A stretch of DNA of 64,000 bases. It comes from a virus. This document shows, piece by piece, positions 1 through 9,987 of this stretch (positions are counted from its first letter, which is position 1; each line of letters opens with the position of its first letter). Below the pieces are notes generated by a model. It saw nothing but the letters and a program-made list of their open reading frames with translations, did not search any database and had not been told where the DNA came from. The DNA is taken from the IMG/VR virus record IMGVR_UViG_3300027976_000007, positions 1 through 64,000 of that record; one strand, written 5' to 3'. The translations under genes were made by a program, and so were the position numbers.

Positions 1-124
1 TTTCTCTCAAAGGAACAACTGTTTCTAGTTGTTTCTCTCAAAGGAACAACTGTTTCTAGTTGTTTCTCTCAAAGGAACAACTGTTTCTAGTTGTTTCTCT
101 CAAAGGAACAACTGTTTCTAGTTG
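1..124. repeat. Tandem repeat, 4 x 31 bp (TTTCTCTCAAAGGAACAACTGTTTCTAGTTG), containing the palindrome AACAACT-N6-AGTTGTT
   Basis: Four identical consecutive copies read directly; may extend beyond the window start. Confidence 0.95.
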
Positions 125-377
125 TTTTCTCCAATTATTTATTTTATGGGAATATCTGGATGGTTAGCCAACACAATCCATCGCCTTTTCACGCGAAATT
201 ATTGCATTATATGTATTTACTCTTGGGAGTCATATAATTTGGCGCCCCGCGATGAGGTAGTGTGGTAACCGCGACATCCCACTCCCACATCGTCCCCTCC
301 ACAGTCCATATACCATAATTACCTTTTCTTTTCCCCCCCTCCGGTTTTCCATACTATCACCCCTGCTATCCATATTA

Positions 378-461
378 CCAAAATAAACAACTGTCCCTAG
401 TTGTTTTTACCAAAATAAACAACTGTCCCTAGTTGTTTTATCTCAAATAAACAATTGTTCT
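378..461. repeat. Second tandem repeat (~32 bp, 2 copies plus a degenerate partial) carrying AAACAACT-N6-AGTTGTTT
   Basis: CCAAAATAAACAACTGTCCCTAGTTGTTTT occurs twice; same palindrome as 1-124. Confidence 0.85.
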
Positions 462-1285
462 AATACGATTGAGAATAATATATTATGTTCCATTGATATT
501 ATATATATTATATTGGATCCTGCCCTCATGAGGGTGATCGTCCGGGATATTTACTCCATTAATATTCAGGGAGGGGGGGCATCGTATATCTTATATCAAT
601 TACAGTGGGTGATTGGATAATTTCCCTTTATGTTTTTCTATTCTGTATTTCCATTCTATGTTATTGGATTTTATTGGGGGGGGTATAGTTGTTAGTGTTT
701 CGGTTTGGGGTTTGATTAATAATTCAACATACGGCATAAAAACATTAAAACGATTTTTTATACTAACCGTTAGCATTAATTAGCACTAACCTCATATTTT
801 TGCAGGCTTATCAAATTTTTGGTATTTAACAGGTGGATAAGATTTTTCCACAAATGTCCATATACCCCCCAAGTATCAAAGTCACTTAATGTTAAAATTT
901 GACCATCAAATAATACTTTATCACCTTTTTTTAATTTTTCTATAATAATTAACTAATGGCTTTTTAAGAGATTGAGAAACCATTTTTAAATGTCTCCATT
1001 TTATATCGCTTTTTATAGCTTCTTCTAGTTGTTTGGGGTCTTTTAAATTCGTATTAAAATTACTAAATCCACTCCTTACCACATTTAAGGCATTCATAAA
1101 GGAGTTTATCTAATTCCATTTCTGATATACTTGTCATTGGTTTTTTACAACAAGGGCTTTTAGGTCTAATCCAATCTAATATTCTTTTTATCATATCCGT
1201 AATTTTACTTTTGCAAAAGGTGTTACAATCGCGTCGGGTGTTGTTGTTAGGGGAGGCCAAACATAACAACTGTCTTAGGTGCCAT

Positions 1286-1474
1286 TTAATTATAGACACG
1301 AAACCAACTTCTTTTATTGTTAGCCATAAATTTTGTTTTACACTTGACACATTCAAATTGACCTACTTCTCTACCATCAACCTTGTCAATAAATTTACAT
1401 TCTTCAATCGTTCTAATGTGATGAAAAAAGGCACATAACAAGGTATTGCCAAAAGTGGGGTTTTCGTTTTTCAT
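1286..1474 (-). CDS. Small Zn-ribbon-like hypothetical protein
   Basis: 62-aa ORF with CVKC; ATGA overlap with 1471-1884. Confidence 0.55.
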   Translation of the reverse strand: MKNENPTFGNTLLCAFFHHIRTIEECKFIDKVDGREVGQFECVKCKTKFMANNKRSWFRVYN

Positions 1475-1884
1475 ATTAAAGTTGTTAAAACATAACTGAT
1501 TGCAGCTTCTTTAGCTTCTTCTGGTGTGTCTGAACCATCAACATCATTGTCAACACCTTCTGACCAAACTTCTTCTACATTTCCATTAGGTGACATTATT
1601 TTACAACCATAATGAAAACCATCATAAAATGTGAAATCCAAAATTATATGAATACCAAAATTAATTCTAATCCACTCAATGACTAATTGTTGAGTTGGTC
1701 TTTTAACACCGCGCGTTAAGGCATCAGTATATTTAACTTCTCTTTTATTTTTATTTTGGACACCATGTTGGTCTCTATTTACAAAATAGTATTCAACTTT
1801 ACACTTAAATCCTTTTTCTTCAAGTAATTTTGCATTATCAAAACCAACTCTCTGTTCTTCTATGTTATTATTTATTGTTTTCAT
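1471..1884 (-). CDS. Hypothetical phage protein
   Basis: 137-aa ORF on the coding strand. Confidence 0.7.
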   Translation of the reverse strand: MKTINNNIEEQRVGFDNAKLLEEKGFKCKVEYYFVNRDQHGVQNKNKREVKYTDALTRGVKRPTQQLVIEWIRINFGIHIILDFTFYDGFHYGCKIMSPNGNVEEVWSEGVDNDVDGSDTPEEAKEAAISYVLTTLI

Positions 1885-2293
1885 TGTACCAAATTAAGAA
1901 CTGGTTAATTGCTTGTACTACTGCTTCTTTTTGCCCTTTCATACCTTTTAAGTAATAATGGCTTACATCTGCCTAGACATTACTGTCCCCTGCCATATTT
2001 GAAGTTATCGTACATCTTCCTTGTTGTATTTTAACAATCCCTCCTAACCTGTCTAAAGTTTGTATTTTTTCAACAACTTTCATTATCAAATTCCAATCAG
2101 AATCCAGTCCATTCTCTTTAACCCAAACTTTTGTAATCGGAGTTTTATATCTACCAAAAATCTTTCTGTTGGGTCTTTTTGTATTTCATACCCAATAATT
2201 TCAGCACACATTTTATTGTACTCTTGTAGTTCTTCTTGTGTCATAATTATTTAATTAAATCGAGTCTAATTGTTTACCTGAACCCCTTATACC

Positions 2294-2325
2294 TAAATAT
2301 AACATCCCTCTTTGGGGAGGCCAAA
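2294..2325 (-). promoter_or_regulatory. Bacteroidota-type promoter TTTG-N20-TATATTTA, with the AACAAC-N8-GTTGTT palindrome just upstream
   Basis: Minus strand TTTGGCCTCCCCAAAGAGGGATGTTATATTTA; motif recurs ~20 times with fixed spacing. Confidence 0.85.
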
Positions 2326-2558
2326 CATAACAACTGTCTTAGGTTGTTTCTTCGACGAGTAGAGGGGAAACCTACCAGATACGCCAATCATTACAGACGT
2401 GTATTTACCTGCGTCTCCGTAGTATATTCCCTCCTTCCAGTTATCATAGTCATGCATCTCAAGAGCGTTCTTTATCTTGGTTGCCAGTGGTATTCTTGAA
2501 AGTAATTTCTTTAATATGTCCATCTCTTAGATTCTATATGTAGTTTTTTTAAAGTTAA

Positions 2559-2789
2559 CTATATTCTAATCCGTTTGGAATATAGTTGATAGTGTTCCCT
2601 GGCATATTTAATCATGTCATATTCTTTTTGAGCAATAGCATCTTTTTCTTTACTATGGTAAGAAGTTTTTGAACCACTCACCTTGTATCTTTTAGTACTT
2701 GGGAAATATTCTACAATAAATTTACCCCTTAATGTTTTTAATAATCTGGCTTTCATATTGTTTATTTTTAAATTAAAAATCAAAACCAC
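2559..2789 (-). CDS. Hypothetical protein
   Basis: ORF; likely start at MKARLL. Confidence 0.55.
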   Translation of the reverse strand: MVLIFNLKINNMKARLLKTLRGKFIVEYFPSTKRYKVSGSKTSYHSKEKDAIAQKEYDMIKYAREHYQLYSKRIRI

Positions 2790-3075
2790 TCAACCCTCTG
2801 TCAAATTCATAATCATTTGGGTTATATTTGTTTTCGGGTAAACAATTTGCTATTTAATTGCATATATTCATCACCATACATTTTATAAGCGTGCCCTTTA
2901 CCATCAGCTATAGCTAATGTTCTTTTATTGTTTGTTATGATAAATACAGGTCTGTTTTCTCTATTATCTTTTGGGCATTTTCCTTTTTTCATCATTTCTT
3001 GATTTTGAATTCCTTACCTATCATTTGAGTTAACTCTTCCATTGTATTTAGATTCATTTATCGTATGGTTCAATG

Positions 3076-3273
3076 TCATCTTGTTGTTGCGATAATGAAA
3101 GTAAGAACACATGAGAAAATTAACCACAAAAAACCTGCCAAGAACCTACCCAATTCATCCCAATTACTTATGTCAAATAAGTTAACCGTGAATGACCCTA
3201 GTATGTATAACACTAAGGCTACAAGTAGCCCAGCTAAAACTATCCAAGCTAAAATTATCTTAATTGCTTTCAT
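3076..3273 (-). CDS. Small membrane protein with two TM helices
   Basis: Two hydrophobic segments; ATGA-coupled to the upstream gene. Confidence 0.7.
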   Translation of the reverse strand: MKAIKIILAWIVLAGLLVALVLYILGSFTVNLFDISNWDELGRFLAGFLWLIFSCVLTFIIATTR

Positions 3274-3530
3274 GACTTCTTGATTTTAAATTCTTTACCT
3301 ACTATCTTGGTCAGTTCCTCCATTGTATACTCTGGAATTGATTTGGAACGTGTGTCTATAATCAATCCATCTGAATTTTCAAAATAGATTACATTATCGT
3401 TATTCAATTCGTCATATTCTCTTTTCATCCAAAACTTATTTGAATCTTCACGATAGATTACATTACCTCTAGAATCCCCTATCCTAAAAGGAAATTCTGT
3501 TATTTTCAGTTGCTCTGCTATTGTTTTCAT
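3270..3530 (-). CDS. 21-aa repeat family protein (1 unit)
   Basis: MxTIAEQLKITEFPF N-cap and PEYTMEELTKxxGKEFKIKK C-cap shared with paralogs. Confidence 0.85.
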   Translation of the reverse strand: MKTIAEQLKITEFPFRIGDSRGNVIYREDSNKFWMKREYDELNNDNVIYFENSDGLIIDTRSKSIPEYTMEELTKIVGKEFKIKKS

Positions 3531-3539
3531 CTTAATTAT

Positions 3540-4232
3540 TTATAAGTTAATTACTTCAAGTATATTCCCATTGTTACTTAGCTTACCAAACTTACCGTCC
3601 GTTACAACAGAACCATTTGAGAATATTGTGTCTAAGAATGGAACTGTTCGTGTTCCTGCATTAATGATGTCATCCATATTATGGATATGTCCGAATAACA
3701 TTAGTTTTGGATTAACCCCAACAACCCTATTCATTAGCGACTTATCTCCGCAATTTTCCATATTCCTACTTCTATCGTAGGATAGGTCTAACATCCCTCT
3801 AGGAGGGCCATGTACTATTACAATGTCACTATCATCATCTATTATGTTACACCACATCCTTTCCAACTTGTTCCTATCTTTGTTGAATGCCCACCCATCC
3901 CCGAAGGTTGGTGAGTAAGGCGACCCAAATATCTTAACGCCTTCAATAGTTACATGGTCATTCTCTAAGTAATAAATTCCATTATTATCAAAATCAGCCT
4001 TAGTTACAAGACCTGCCCCAATTGATGTGTCATGGTTACCCGCAACAAATACTTTGTACTTGATAGGTAGATGACTAAACCAATCCATAAAATTCCTAAC
4101 TTCATGTTCGTTGGTATATGGGTCTCTAAGATTAGCGCAGTCACCACTGAAGATTACCATGTCTATCCCCTCTGGAATTGTTAGTAAACTGTGGTATGTA
4201 TGCGTATCACTTATATGCCAAACTTTCATCAT
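3540..4232 (-). CDS. Calcineurin-like metallophosphoesterase
   Basis: DxH (ISDTH), GD, GNHD, HGPP and FGHIH motifs. Confidence 0.9.
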   Translation of the reverse strand: MMKVWHISDTHTYHSLLTIPEGIDMVIFSGDCANLRDPYTNEHEVRNFMDWFSHLPIKYKVFVAGNHDTSIGAGLVTKADFDNNGIYYLENDHVTIEGVKIFGSPYSPTFGDGWAFNKDRNKLERMWCNIIDDDSDIVIVHGPPRGMLDLSYDRSRNMENCGDKSLMNRVVGVNPKLMLFGHIHNMDDIINAGTRTVPFLDTIFSNGSVVTDGKFGKLSNNGNILEVINL

Positions 4233-4543
4233 TTCTTAATTTTAAATTCTTTACCTAACATTTTAGTCAGTTCTTCCATTGTATACTCTGGAATTGATTT
4301 GGGGCGATTGTCTACAATCAATCCTTCTGAATTTTCATAATAGATTTCCCACTTATTCAAGTCAAATTCGCTTTTACGCCGATACTTATCTGAATCTTCA
4401 TAATAGATTACATTATTATTCGAGTCATATTCTCTTTTTATCCAATACTTATATGAAGTTTCAAAATAGATTAGATTACCCTTAGAATCCTTTATCCTAA
4501 AAGGAAATTCTGTTACCTTAATTTGCTCTGCTATTGTCATCAT
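4229..4543 (-). CDS. 21-aa repeat family protein (2 units)
   Basis: Shared caps; Y.E.S.K.W.K.E.D...N repeats. Confidence 0.9.
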   Translation of the reverse strand: MMTIAEQIKVTEFPFRIKDSKGNLIYFETSYKYWIKREYDSNNNVIYYEDSDKYRRKSEFDLNKWEIYYENSEGLIVDNRPKSIPEYTMEELTKMLGKEFKIKK

Positions 4544-4917
4544 TTCTTAATTTTAAATTCCTTACCTAACATCTTGGTTAGTTCTTCCATTGTGTACTCT
4601 GGAACGGATTTGGGGCGGTTGTCTCTAATTTCCCCCTTTGAATCTTCATAATAGGTTACACGACCTCTTGAGTTAAATTCTCTTTTGACCCAAAAATTAT
4701 TTGAATCTTCAAAATAGATTTTATTATTATTCAAGTCATATTCTCTTTTGATCCAATACTTATTTGAACTTTCAAAATAGGTTATATTATTATTCAAGTC
4801 AAATTCTTGTTTGTACCAAGACTTATTTGAATCTTCAACATAGATTTTATTACCCTTACCGTCCTTTATGATAAAAGGAAACTCAGTTATTTTTAACTGT
4901 TCTGCGATTGTCATCAT
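4540..4917 (-). CDS. 21-aa repeat family protein (3 units)
   Basis: Shared caps and repeats; ATGA overlaps. Confidence 0.9.
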   Translation of the reverse strand: MMTIAEQLKITEFPFIIKDGKGNKIYVEDSNKSWYKQEFDLNNNITYFESSNKYWIKREYDLNNNKIYFEDSNNFWVKREFNSRGRVTYYEDSKGEIRDNRPKSVPEYTMEELTKMLGKEFKIKK

Positions 4918-5291
4918 TTCTTGATTTTAAATTCTTTACCTAACATCTTGGTCAGTTCTTCCATTGCATATTCTGGAATTGATTTGGGGCGGTCGTCTCT
5001 AATTGTTCCATTTGAATCTTCAAAATATATTTCATTGTCATTCGAGTCAAATTCTCTTTTGTACCAAAACTTATCTGAATCTTCAGAATAGGTTACATTA
5101 TTATTCGAGTCATATTCTGTTTTTTCCCAAAACTTATCGGAATTTTCATGATAGGTTTCATTACCTTTTGGGTCAAATTCTTGTTTGTACCAATATTTAT
5201 CTGAATCTTCAGAATAAATTTTATTACCCTTTGAATTCCGTATTTCAAAAGGAAATTCAGTTATTTTTAATTGTTGTGCAATTGTCATCAT
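4914..5291 (-). CDS. 21-aa repeat family protein (3 units)
   Basis: Shared caps and repeats. Confidence 0.9.
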   Translation of the reverse strand: MMTIAQQLKITEFPFEIRNSKGNKIYSEDSDKYWYKQEFDPKGNETYHENSDKFWEKTEYDSNNNVTYSEDSDKFWYKREFDSNDNEIYFEDSNGTIRDDRPKSIPEYAMEELTKMLGKEFKIKK

Positions 5292-5662
5292 TTCTTAACT
5301 TTAAATTCCTTACCTACTATCTTGATCAGTTCTTCCATCGTGTACTCTGGAATTGATTTGGGGCGATTGTCTACAATCAATCCTTCTGAATTTTCAAAAT
5401 AGGCCATATTACCCCTTGAGTCATATTCGCTTTTCTGCCAAAAATTATTTGAATTTTCAGAATAGATTTCATTATTATTCGAGTCATATTCTCTTTTTAA
5501 CCAATACCCCTTTGAATCTTCATAATAGGTTACACTACCTCTTGAGTTAAATTCTCTTTTGACCCAAAACTTATTGACAAACTCAACATAGATTTTATTA
5601 CCTCTAGAATCCCATATTTCAAAAGGAAATTCAGTTACTTTTAGTTGCTCTGCGATTGTCAT
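5288..5662 (-). CDS. 21-aa repeat family protein (3 units), first gene of array 1
   Basis: Shared caps and repeats; promoter at 5719-5750. Confidence 0.9.
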   Translation of the reverse strand: MTIAEQLKVTEFPFEIWDSRGNKIYVEFVNKFWVKREFNSRGSVTYYEDSKGYWLKREYDSNNNEIYSENSNNFWQKSEYDSRGNMAYFENSEGLIVDNRPKSIPEYTMEELIKIVGKEFKVKK

Positions 5663-5718
5663 GATGATGTTGTTTAATATTAATATGGTTCATTTCAATT
5701 ACCCGAACCCCTTATACC

Positions 5719-5750
5719 TAAATATAACATCCATCTTTGGGAAGGCCAAA
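5719..5750 (-). promoter_or_regulatory. Bacteroidota-type promoter with upstream AACAAC-N8-GTTGTT palindrome
   Basis: TTTGGCCTTCCCAAAGATGGATGTTATATTTA; palindrome AAACAACGGAAATCGTTGTTT adjacent. Confidence 0.85.
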
Positions 5751-5879
5751 CAAAAACAACGGAAATCGTTGTTTCTTCAATTCAAAACCAACTAATTTGA
5801 GCCAATCTCTTGTTACTCCTCCATAGATATAAAGGATGAGAGCCGCGGAAGCTGGGTATATAGAGGAGTTAGAAGACAT

Positions 5880-6065
5880 TTAGCCGAACTTAACCGACCA
5901 TGTTTTTAAGGCACCTGCATTTGGGTCTTTTGACAATTTCCAAATAACGATTCTTGGGTATTTACTAAAATACTTTGATTTAGTTATCCAAATTTTAAAC
6001 CTGAAAATTGTAAAAACTAAATAGTCAATTTCCCTTCCTTCACTTCTTTTTCTGTTGGTAATCAT
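5880..6065 (-). CDS. Hypothetical protein
   Basis: 61-aa ORF on the coding strand. Confidence 0.5.
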   Translation of the reverse strand: MITNRKRSEGREIDYLVFTIFRFKIWITKSKYFSKYPRIVIWKLSKDPNAGALKTWSVKFG

Positions 6066-6099
6066 ATTCGTGTATTATTTCTGTAAATTAAAAATAGTA

Positions 6100-6306
6100 T
6101 TAACTTTCTAGTTCTTTAACCAACTTCTCCAAAGCGGTGAATTCTCCCCAAGTTAATTGAAATCTTGTGCTTAATTTACCAACTATATCAACATCAAACC
6201 CGTCACCGTTTTTCCATTCAGTAACTTCTATAAAGTCATCTTCATTAGCAATAAAGTCATATTTTTTTAAGTTACTAAACACCGCTTTTTTATTGTACTT
6301 ATCCAT
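6100..6306 (-). CDS. Hypothetical phage protein
   Basis: 68-aa ORF (IEVTEWKNGDGFDV). Confidence 0.65.
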   Translation of the reverse strand: MDKYNKKAVFSNLKKYDFIANEDDFIEVTEWKNGDGFDVDIVGKLSTRFQLTWGEFTALEKLVKELES

Positions 6307-6323
6307 ATACCTATCAGTTATTT

Positions 6324-6554
6324 TTAATCACGTTTTTCATCCTCTAAGGTTACACTTTTTACGAATTTTCCCGTTTTGGTTGTAAAGTAATAATCAATCA
6401 ATATTTGTCTTCCGCCCCTAACATTTATAACGCTAATCCCGAATTGATTTTTATTGGTAGGAGTAAATGCAAATACCATTATCTCTTTTGTAAAAACACT
6501 GTTAACTTGTGTGACTGCTTTTTTTAGTATTTTTTCTGAGGGTTTCATTTCATG
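6324..6554 (-). CDS. Hypothetical protein
   Basis: ORF downstream of promoter 6570-6601; the track's start lies inside the promoter, so the start was moved downstream (approximate). Confidence 0.5.
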   Translation of the reverse strand, partial: HEMKPSEKILKKAVTQVNSVFTKEIMVFAFTPTNKNQFGISVINVRGGRQILIDYYFTTKTGKFVKSVTLEDEKRD

Positions 6555-6569
6555 TTTCTCATTAATACC

Positions 6570-6601
6570 TAAATATAACATCCGTCTTTGGGGAGGCCAA
6601 A
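6570..6601 (-). promoter_or_regulatory. Bacteroidota-type promoter
   Basis: TTTGGCCTCCCCAAAGACGGATGTTATATTTA. Confidence 0.85.
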
Positions 6602-7039
6602 CAGATCACACCTTTCTTATTCTATTTGCGATTAGGTGTCACGAGACGTTGGATGTATCCCTTTGTTTCTGTCATATTTATAAAATATCGCATTACTTAT
6701 ACTATTGTCTGTATTCATACAACTCGTTACATTAAAACTATTAACAAGGGTATAGTTAATGCTTAACTCCGTACTTCATTATCACTTTCTACTTCTTTAC
6801 TTATAATATTTTTTTTAGCCCACTCTACTCCAGCTTCAAAACCTTTTTTCAATTCCTTGTAACTATTTGTTTCGTGCATATCAAAATAATTATGTGCATA
6901 ATATTCAGATGCTCTTTCAATTTTTTGTTTTGTGTTTTCCATTTTATAAAATATTTTAATTATTACTTATGTTGTTAATTTAAAATTTTGTGCTATTTAA
7001 ACGGCACAAACCATATACCTATACGTTGTAAGTAATAAA

Positions 7040-7173
7040 AAAGCTAGTCTCTCCTAGCAGTCACACCTAAATTAACTGGTACAACATAGTATTGGCATCG
7101 CTCCTTTCGGTTTACGTATGTTTATCCAACCTAACACCGTTATACGTGCTTCCCTGTGTCCTACACGTTCATC
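7040..7173 (-). ncRNA. Candidate structured ncRNA ending in a GCTAG-GAGAGA-CTAGC-TTTT hairpin
   Basis: GC-richer non-coding stretch; ACGTAT/ATACGT stem, CC-GAAA-GG tetraloop, terminator-like 3' hairpin. Confidence 0.4.
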
Positions 7174-7341
7174 TTTATATTTTAACTGCTTTTTAACTAC
7201 TCACAACTCGGCAAAGTTCAAATAATGGCTTTCACAACAGTCTTGGGTCGTGACTTGATAATAGTTGAGTTCCGTCATTAAAAACTAGTTCGTTATTCTC
7301 TATTTTTACTACTTTTAATTTTTTCATTTTATTAAAATTTA

Positions 7342-7545
7342 TTATTGTTCACTCCCTTTTATTGATTCCTCAACATATAATACTTGGGATCTTAGATCTT
7401 TCAACTTTTCTTCTCTCTCTATTAGGAGTTTGACATGGAGACCTTTAAGAATGAGGTTCTGTTCTTTCATAGTGTACCGAATTAAAGAAGAATACACCTC
7501 CATCAACCCTTGAACTTTTTCTATTTCACTCATATTTTTTCTCAT
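7342..7545 (-). CDS. Hypothetical coiled-coil protein
   Basis: ORF directly after promoter 7553-7584. Confidence 0.6.
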   Translation of the reverse strand: MRKNMSEIEKVQGLMEVYSSLIRYTMKEQNLILKGLHVKLLIEREEKLKDLRSQVLYVEESIKGSEQ

Positions 7546-7757
7546 TTATGTCTAAAAATAACATCGATTTTTAGGGAAGCCAAACAAGACATACTATTCT
7601 TGAGGAAGTGTTTGATTTTCTATCATGATTCTTTATAATCAAAGTTAAAGTTCAAGTTGGGTTTTTGTTTTGGTTTTTTGTTGGGGTTAATTTTCATAAA
7701 TCTCATCCATTCTTTAAGTTGGGTGAGATTCTGTTGAGGGCTGTTTTTGTTCATAAT

Positions 7758-8015
7758 TTAAAATTCTACATTAATTGGGTTTACTCTATCAGAGCATACT
7801 ATTCGTCTTTCTTTACCGTTGGAAATGGCACAAGTTGAATCCCCATCAAGGTAATAAACCAGATTCCATGTTCCTGGATGGTCTAAACACATTACAGTAT
7901 CTCCTTGTTTTAGATGGCTTTTTTTCTTAGGCCTACCTCTCTTCTTTTTTACCTTCGGTCCAACGGTTATTGGATTTTTCCTTGGTCTTCCTCGTTTACG
8001 TTTTACAGATTCCAT
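7758..8015 (-). CDS. AT-hook DNA-binding protein
   Basis: Two KRGRP(R/K)K motifs; start moved downstream of promoter 8033-8064. Confidence 0.75.
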   Translation of the reverse strand: MESVKRKRGRPRKNPITVGPKVKKKRGRPKKKSHLKQGDTVMCLDHPGTWNLVYYLDGDSTCAISNGKERRIVCSDRVNPINVEF

Positions 8016-8254
8016 CCGTTCTTTCTTATACCTAAATATAACATCCTTTCCTTGGGGGGCCAAACCTAGGTTATAATGGGAATAATACTAAATACTTTAG
8101 GATTAATTGAAAATAGTGAAGAACCTGGTCAAACCCTATTAAGGAGAATGCTCCTAAATTAGGTATAGGCCCCCAATATAACACCAACAAATATCAGACT
8201 ATTGACCCAATTGCCTTCTAACAATAATATTTGTTTTTGTTTTAAATTAAATTT

Positions 8255-8713
8255 TTATCTACAAAGGTGATCTGCAGCTCGGCATGCAACTAAAGTTTCT
8301 GGTTTTACATTACATTTATAACCATAACCTCTAGCCCATCCCAAAGACGAAGATACCAGTTTATTTGAAAAGTAAGCATCATCATCATTTAAATCAAAAT
8401 CTACCCAATCAACTTTCAAATTGTTATTTGAGATATGCATTGCTACCTCCATAGTTAATTCAGTTTCCTTCCATAAACGTGTATACTTATCCTTAATCTT
8501 CTTTTCTTTGATCTTGTGATAAATTACATGAACTCCTCTATTCCCATATCTATAACATACACAAACAACAAAGAAGGTATGTCTTCTATGGTTTTGAGAA
8601 TCGGTTCCGACATGGACCGTTACATAGGGATTTTGGGAGATCATCTTCTTAGTATAGGAAATCACATCAATAGGGACATTGGGGGCTCTCTCGTTTTTAA
8701 AAACCTTTTTCAT
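8255..8713 (-). CDS. YkuK/DUF458-like RNase H-fold protein
   Basis: VHVGTDSQ, RLWKE and AAD motifs. Confidence 0.8.
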   Translation of the reverse strand: MKKVFKNERAPNVPIDVISYTKKMISQNPYVTVHVGTDSQNHRRHTFFVVCVCYRYGNRGVHVIYHKIKEKKIKDKYTRLWKETELTMEVAMHISNNNLKVDWVDFDLNDDDAYFSNKLVSSSLGWARGYGYKCNVKPETLVACRAADHLCR

Positions 8714-8858
8714 TATGTTCTTTTATGATTTTAAAACTTCCATCTACTATTTTACATTGTGGGGGGGAGTGACTTACATATAATTTATTTTTCATAGTTA
8801 CCTGAATCTTTTTAGGTATAGGGAAACTCTGTTATTTTCCGTTGCCCCGTTATTGTCA

Positions 8859-9173
8859 TCATTCCTTGATTTTAAATTGTTTACCTAACATTTGAGCCAG
8901 TTCCCCCATTGTATATTCTGGAACGGATTTGGGACGGTTGTCTCTAATTTCTCCATTTGAATTTTCATAATAAGTTACATTATTATTCGAGTCATATTCT
9001 GTTTTTTCCCAAAACTTATCGGAATTTTCATGATAGGTTTCATTACCTTTTGGGTCAAATTCTTGTTTGTACCAATATTTATCTGAATCTTCAGAATAAA
9101 TTTTATTACCCTTTGAATTCCGTATTTCAAAAGGAAATTCAGTTATTTTTAACTGTTGTGCAATTGTCATCAT
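8859..9173 (-). CDS. 21-aa repeat family protein (2 units)
   Basis: First ~67 aa identical to 4914-5291. Confidence 0.9.
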   Translation of the reverse strand: MMTIAQQLKITEFPFEIRNSKGNKIYSEDSDKYWYKQEFDPKGNETYHENSDKFWEKTEYDSNNNVTYYENSNGEIRDNRPKSVPEYTMGELAQMLGKQFKIKE

Positions 9174-9544
9174 TTCTTGATTTTAAATTCTTTACCTAAC
9201 ATCTTGGTCAGTTCTTCCATGGTGTATTCAGGAATTGATTTGGGACGGTTGTCTTCAATTATTCCATATGAATTTTCAAAATAGGTCATATTACCTCTTG
9301 AGTCAAATTCTCTTTTGACCCAATACTTATTTGAATCTTCATAATGGATTTCACAATTATTCAAGTCAAATTTTTGTTTGTACCAAAATTTCTTTGAATC
9401 TTCAGAATAGGTTAAATTATCCCTTGAATCAAATTCGTTTTTGATCCAATACTTATTTGAATTTTCAAAATAGATTTCATTACTTCTTGAATCCTTTATC
9501 CTAAAAGGGAATTCTGTTACTTTTAACTGTTCTGAAATTGTCAT
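9170..9544 (-). CDS. 21-aa repeat family protein (3 units)
   Basis: Shared caps and repeats. Confidence 0.9.
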   Translation of the reverse strand: MTISEQLKVTEFPFRIKDSRSNEIYFENSNKYWIKNEFDSRDNLTYSEDSKKFWYKQKFDLNNCEIHYEDSNKYWVKREFDSRGNMTYFENSYGIIEDNRPKSIPEYTMEELTKMLGKEFKIKK

Positions 9545-9987
9545 TGTTTCTTAATTTTAAATTCTTTACCTACTATCTTGGTCAACTCTTCCATTGTGTA
9601 CTCTGGAATGGATTTGGGGCGGTTGTCTCTAATTTCCCCCTTTGAATCTTCATAATAGGTTACACTACCTCTTGAGTTAAATTCTCTTTTCTCCCAATAT
9701 TTATTTGAAGTTTCAAAGTAGATTTCTTCATTGTTCTTCAAGTCAAATTCTCTTTTGACCCAAAAATTATTTGAATTTTCATAATAGATTTGATTATTAT
9801 TCGAGTCATATTCTTGTTTGTACCAAGACTTATTTGAATCTTCAAAATAGATTTTATTACCTTTCAAGTCAAATTCTTGTTTGTACCAAAATTTCTTTGA
9901 ATTTTCCCAATAGATTTTATTACCCTTACCGTCCTTTATGATAAAAGGAAACTCTGTTATATTTAACTGTTCTGCGATTGTCATCAT
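9541..9987 (-). CDS. 21-aa repeat family protein (4 units)
   Basis: Shared caps and repeats. Confidence 0.9.
   Translation of the reverse strand: MMTIAEQLNITEFPFIIKDGKGNKIYWENSKKFWYKQEFDLKGNKIYFEDSNKSWYKQEYDSNNNQIYYENSNNFWVKREFDLKNNEEIYFETSNKYWEKREFNSRGSVTYYEDSKGEIRDNRPKSIPEYTMEELTKIVGKEFKIKKQ

Noticed and set aside
1-124. CRISPR array (GTTG...CAAC resembles Bacteroidota type II-C/VI-B repeat ends)
   Set aside because: Units are identical with no variable spacers, no cas genes are present, and isolated copies show the AACAAC-N8-GTTGTT phasing
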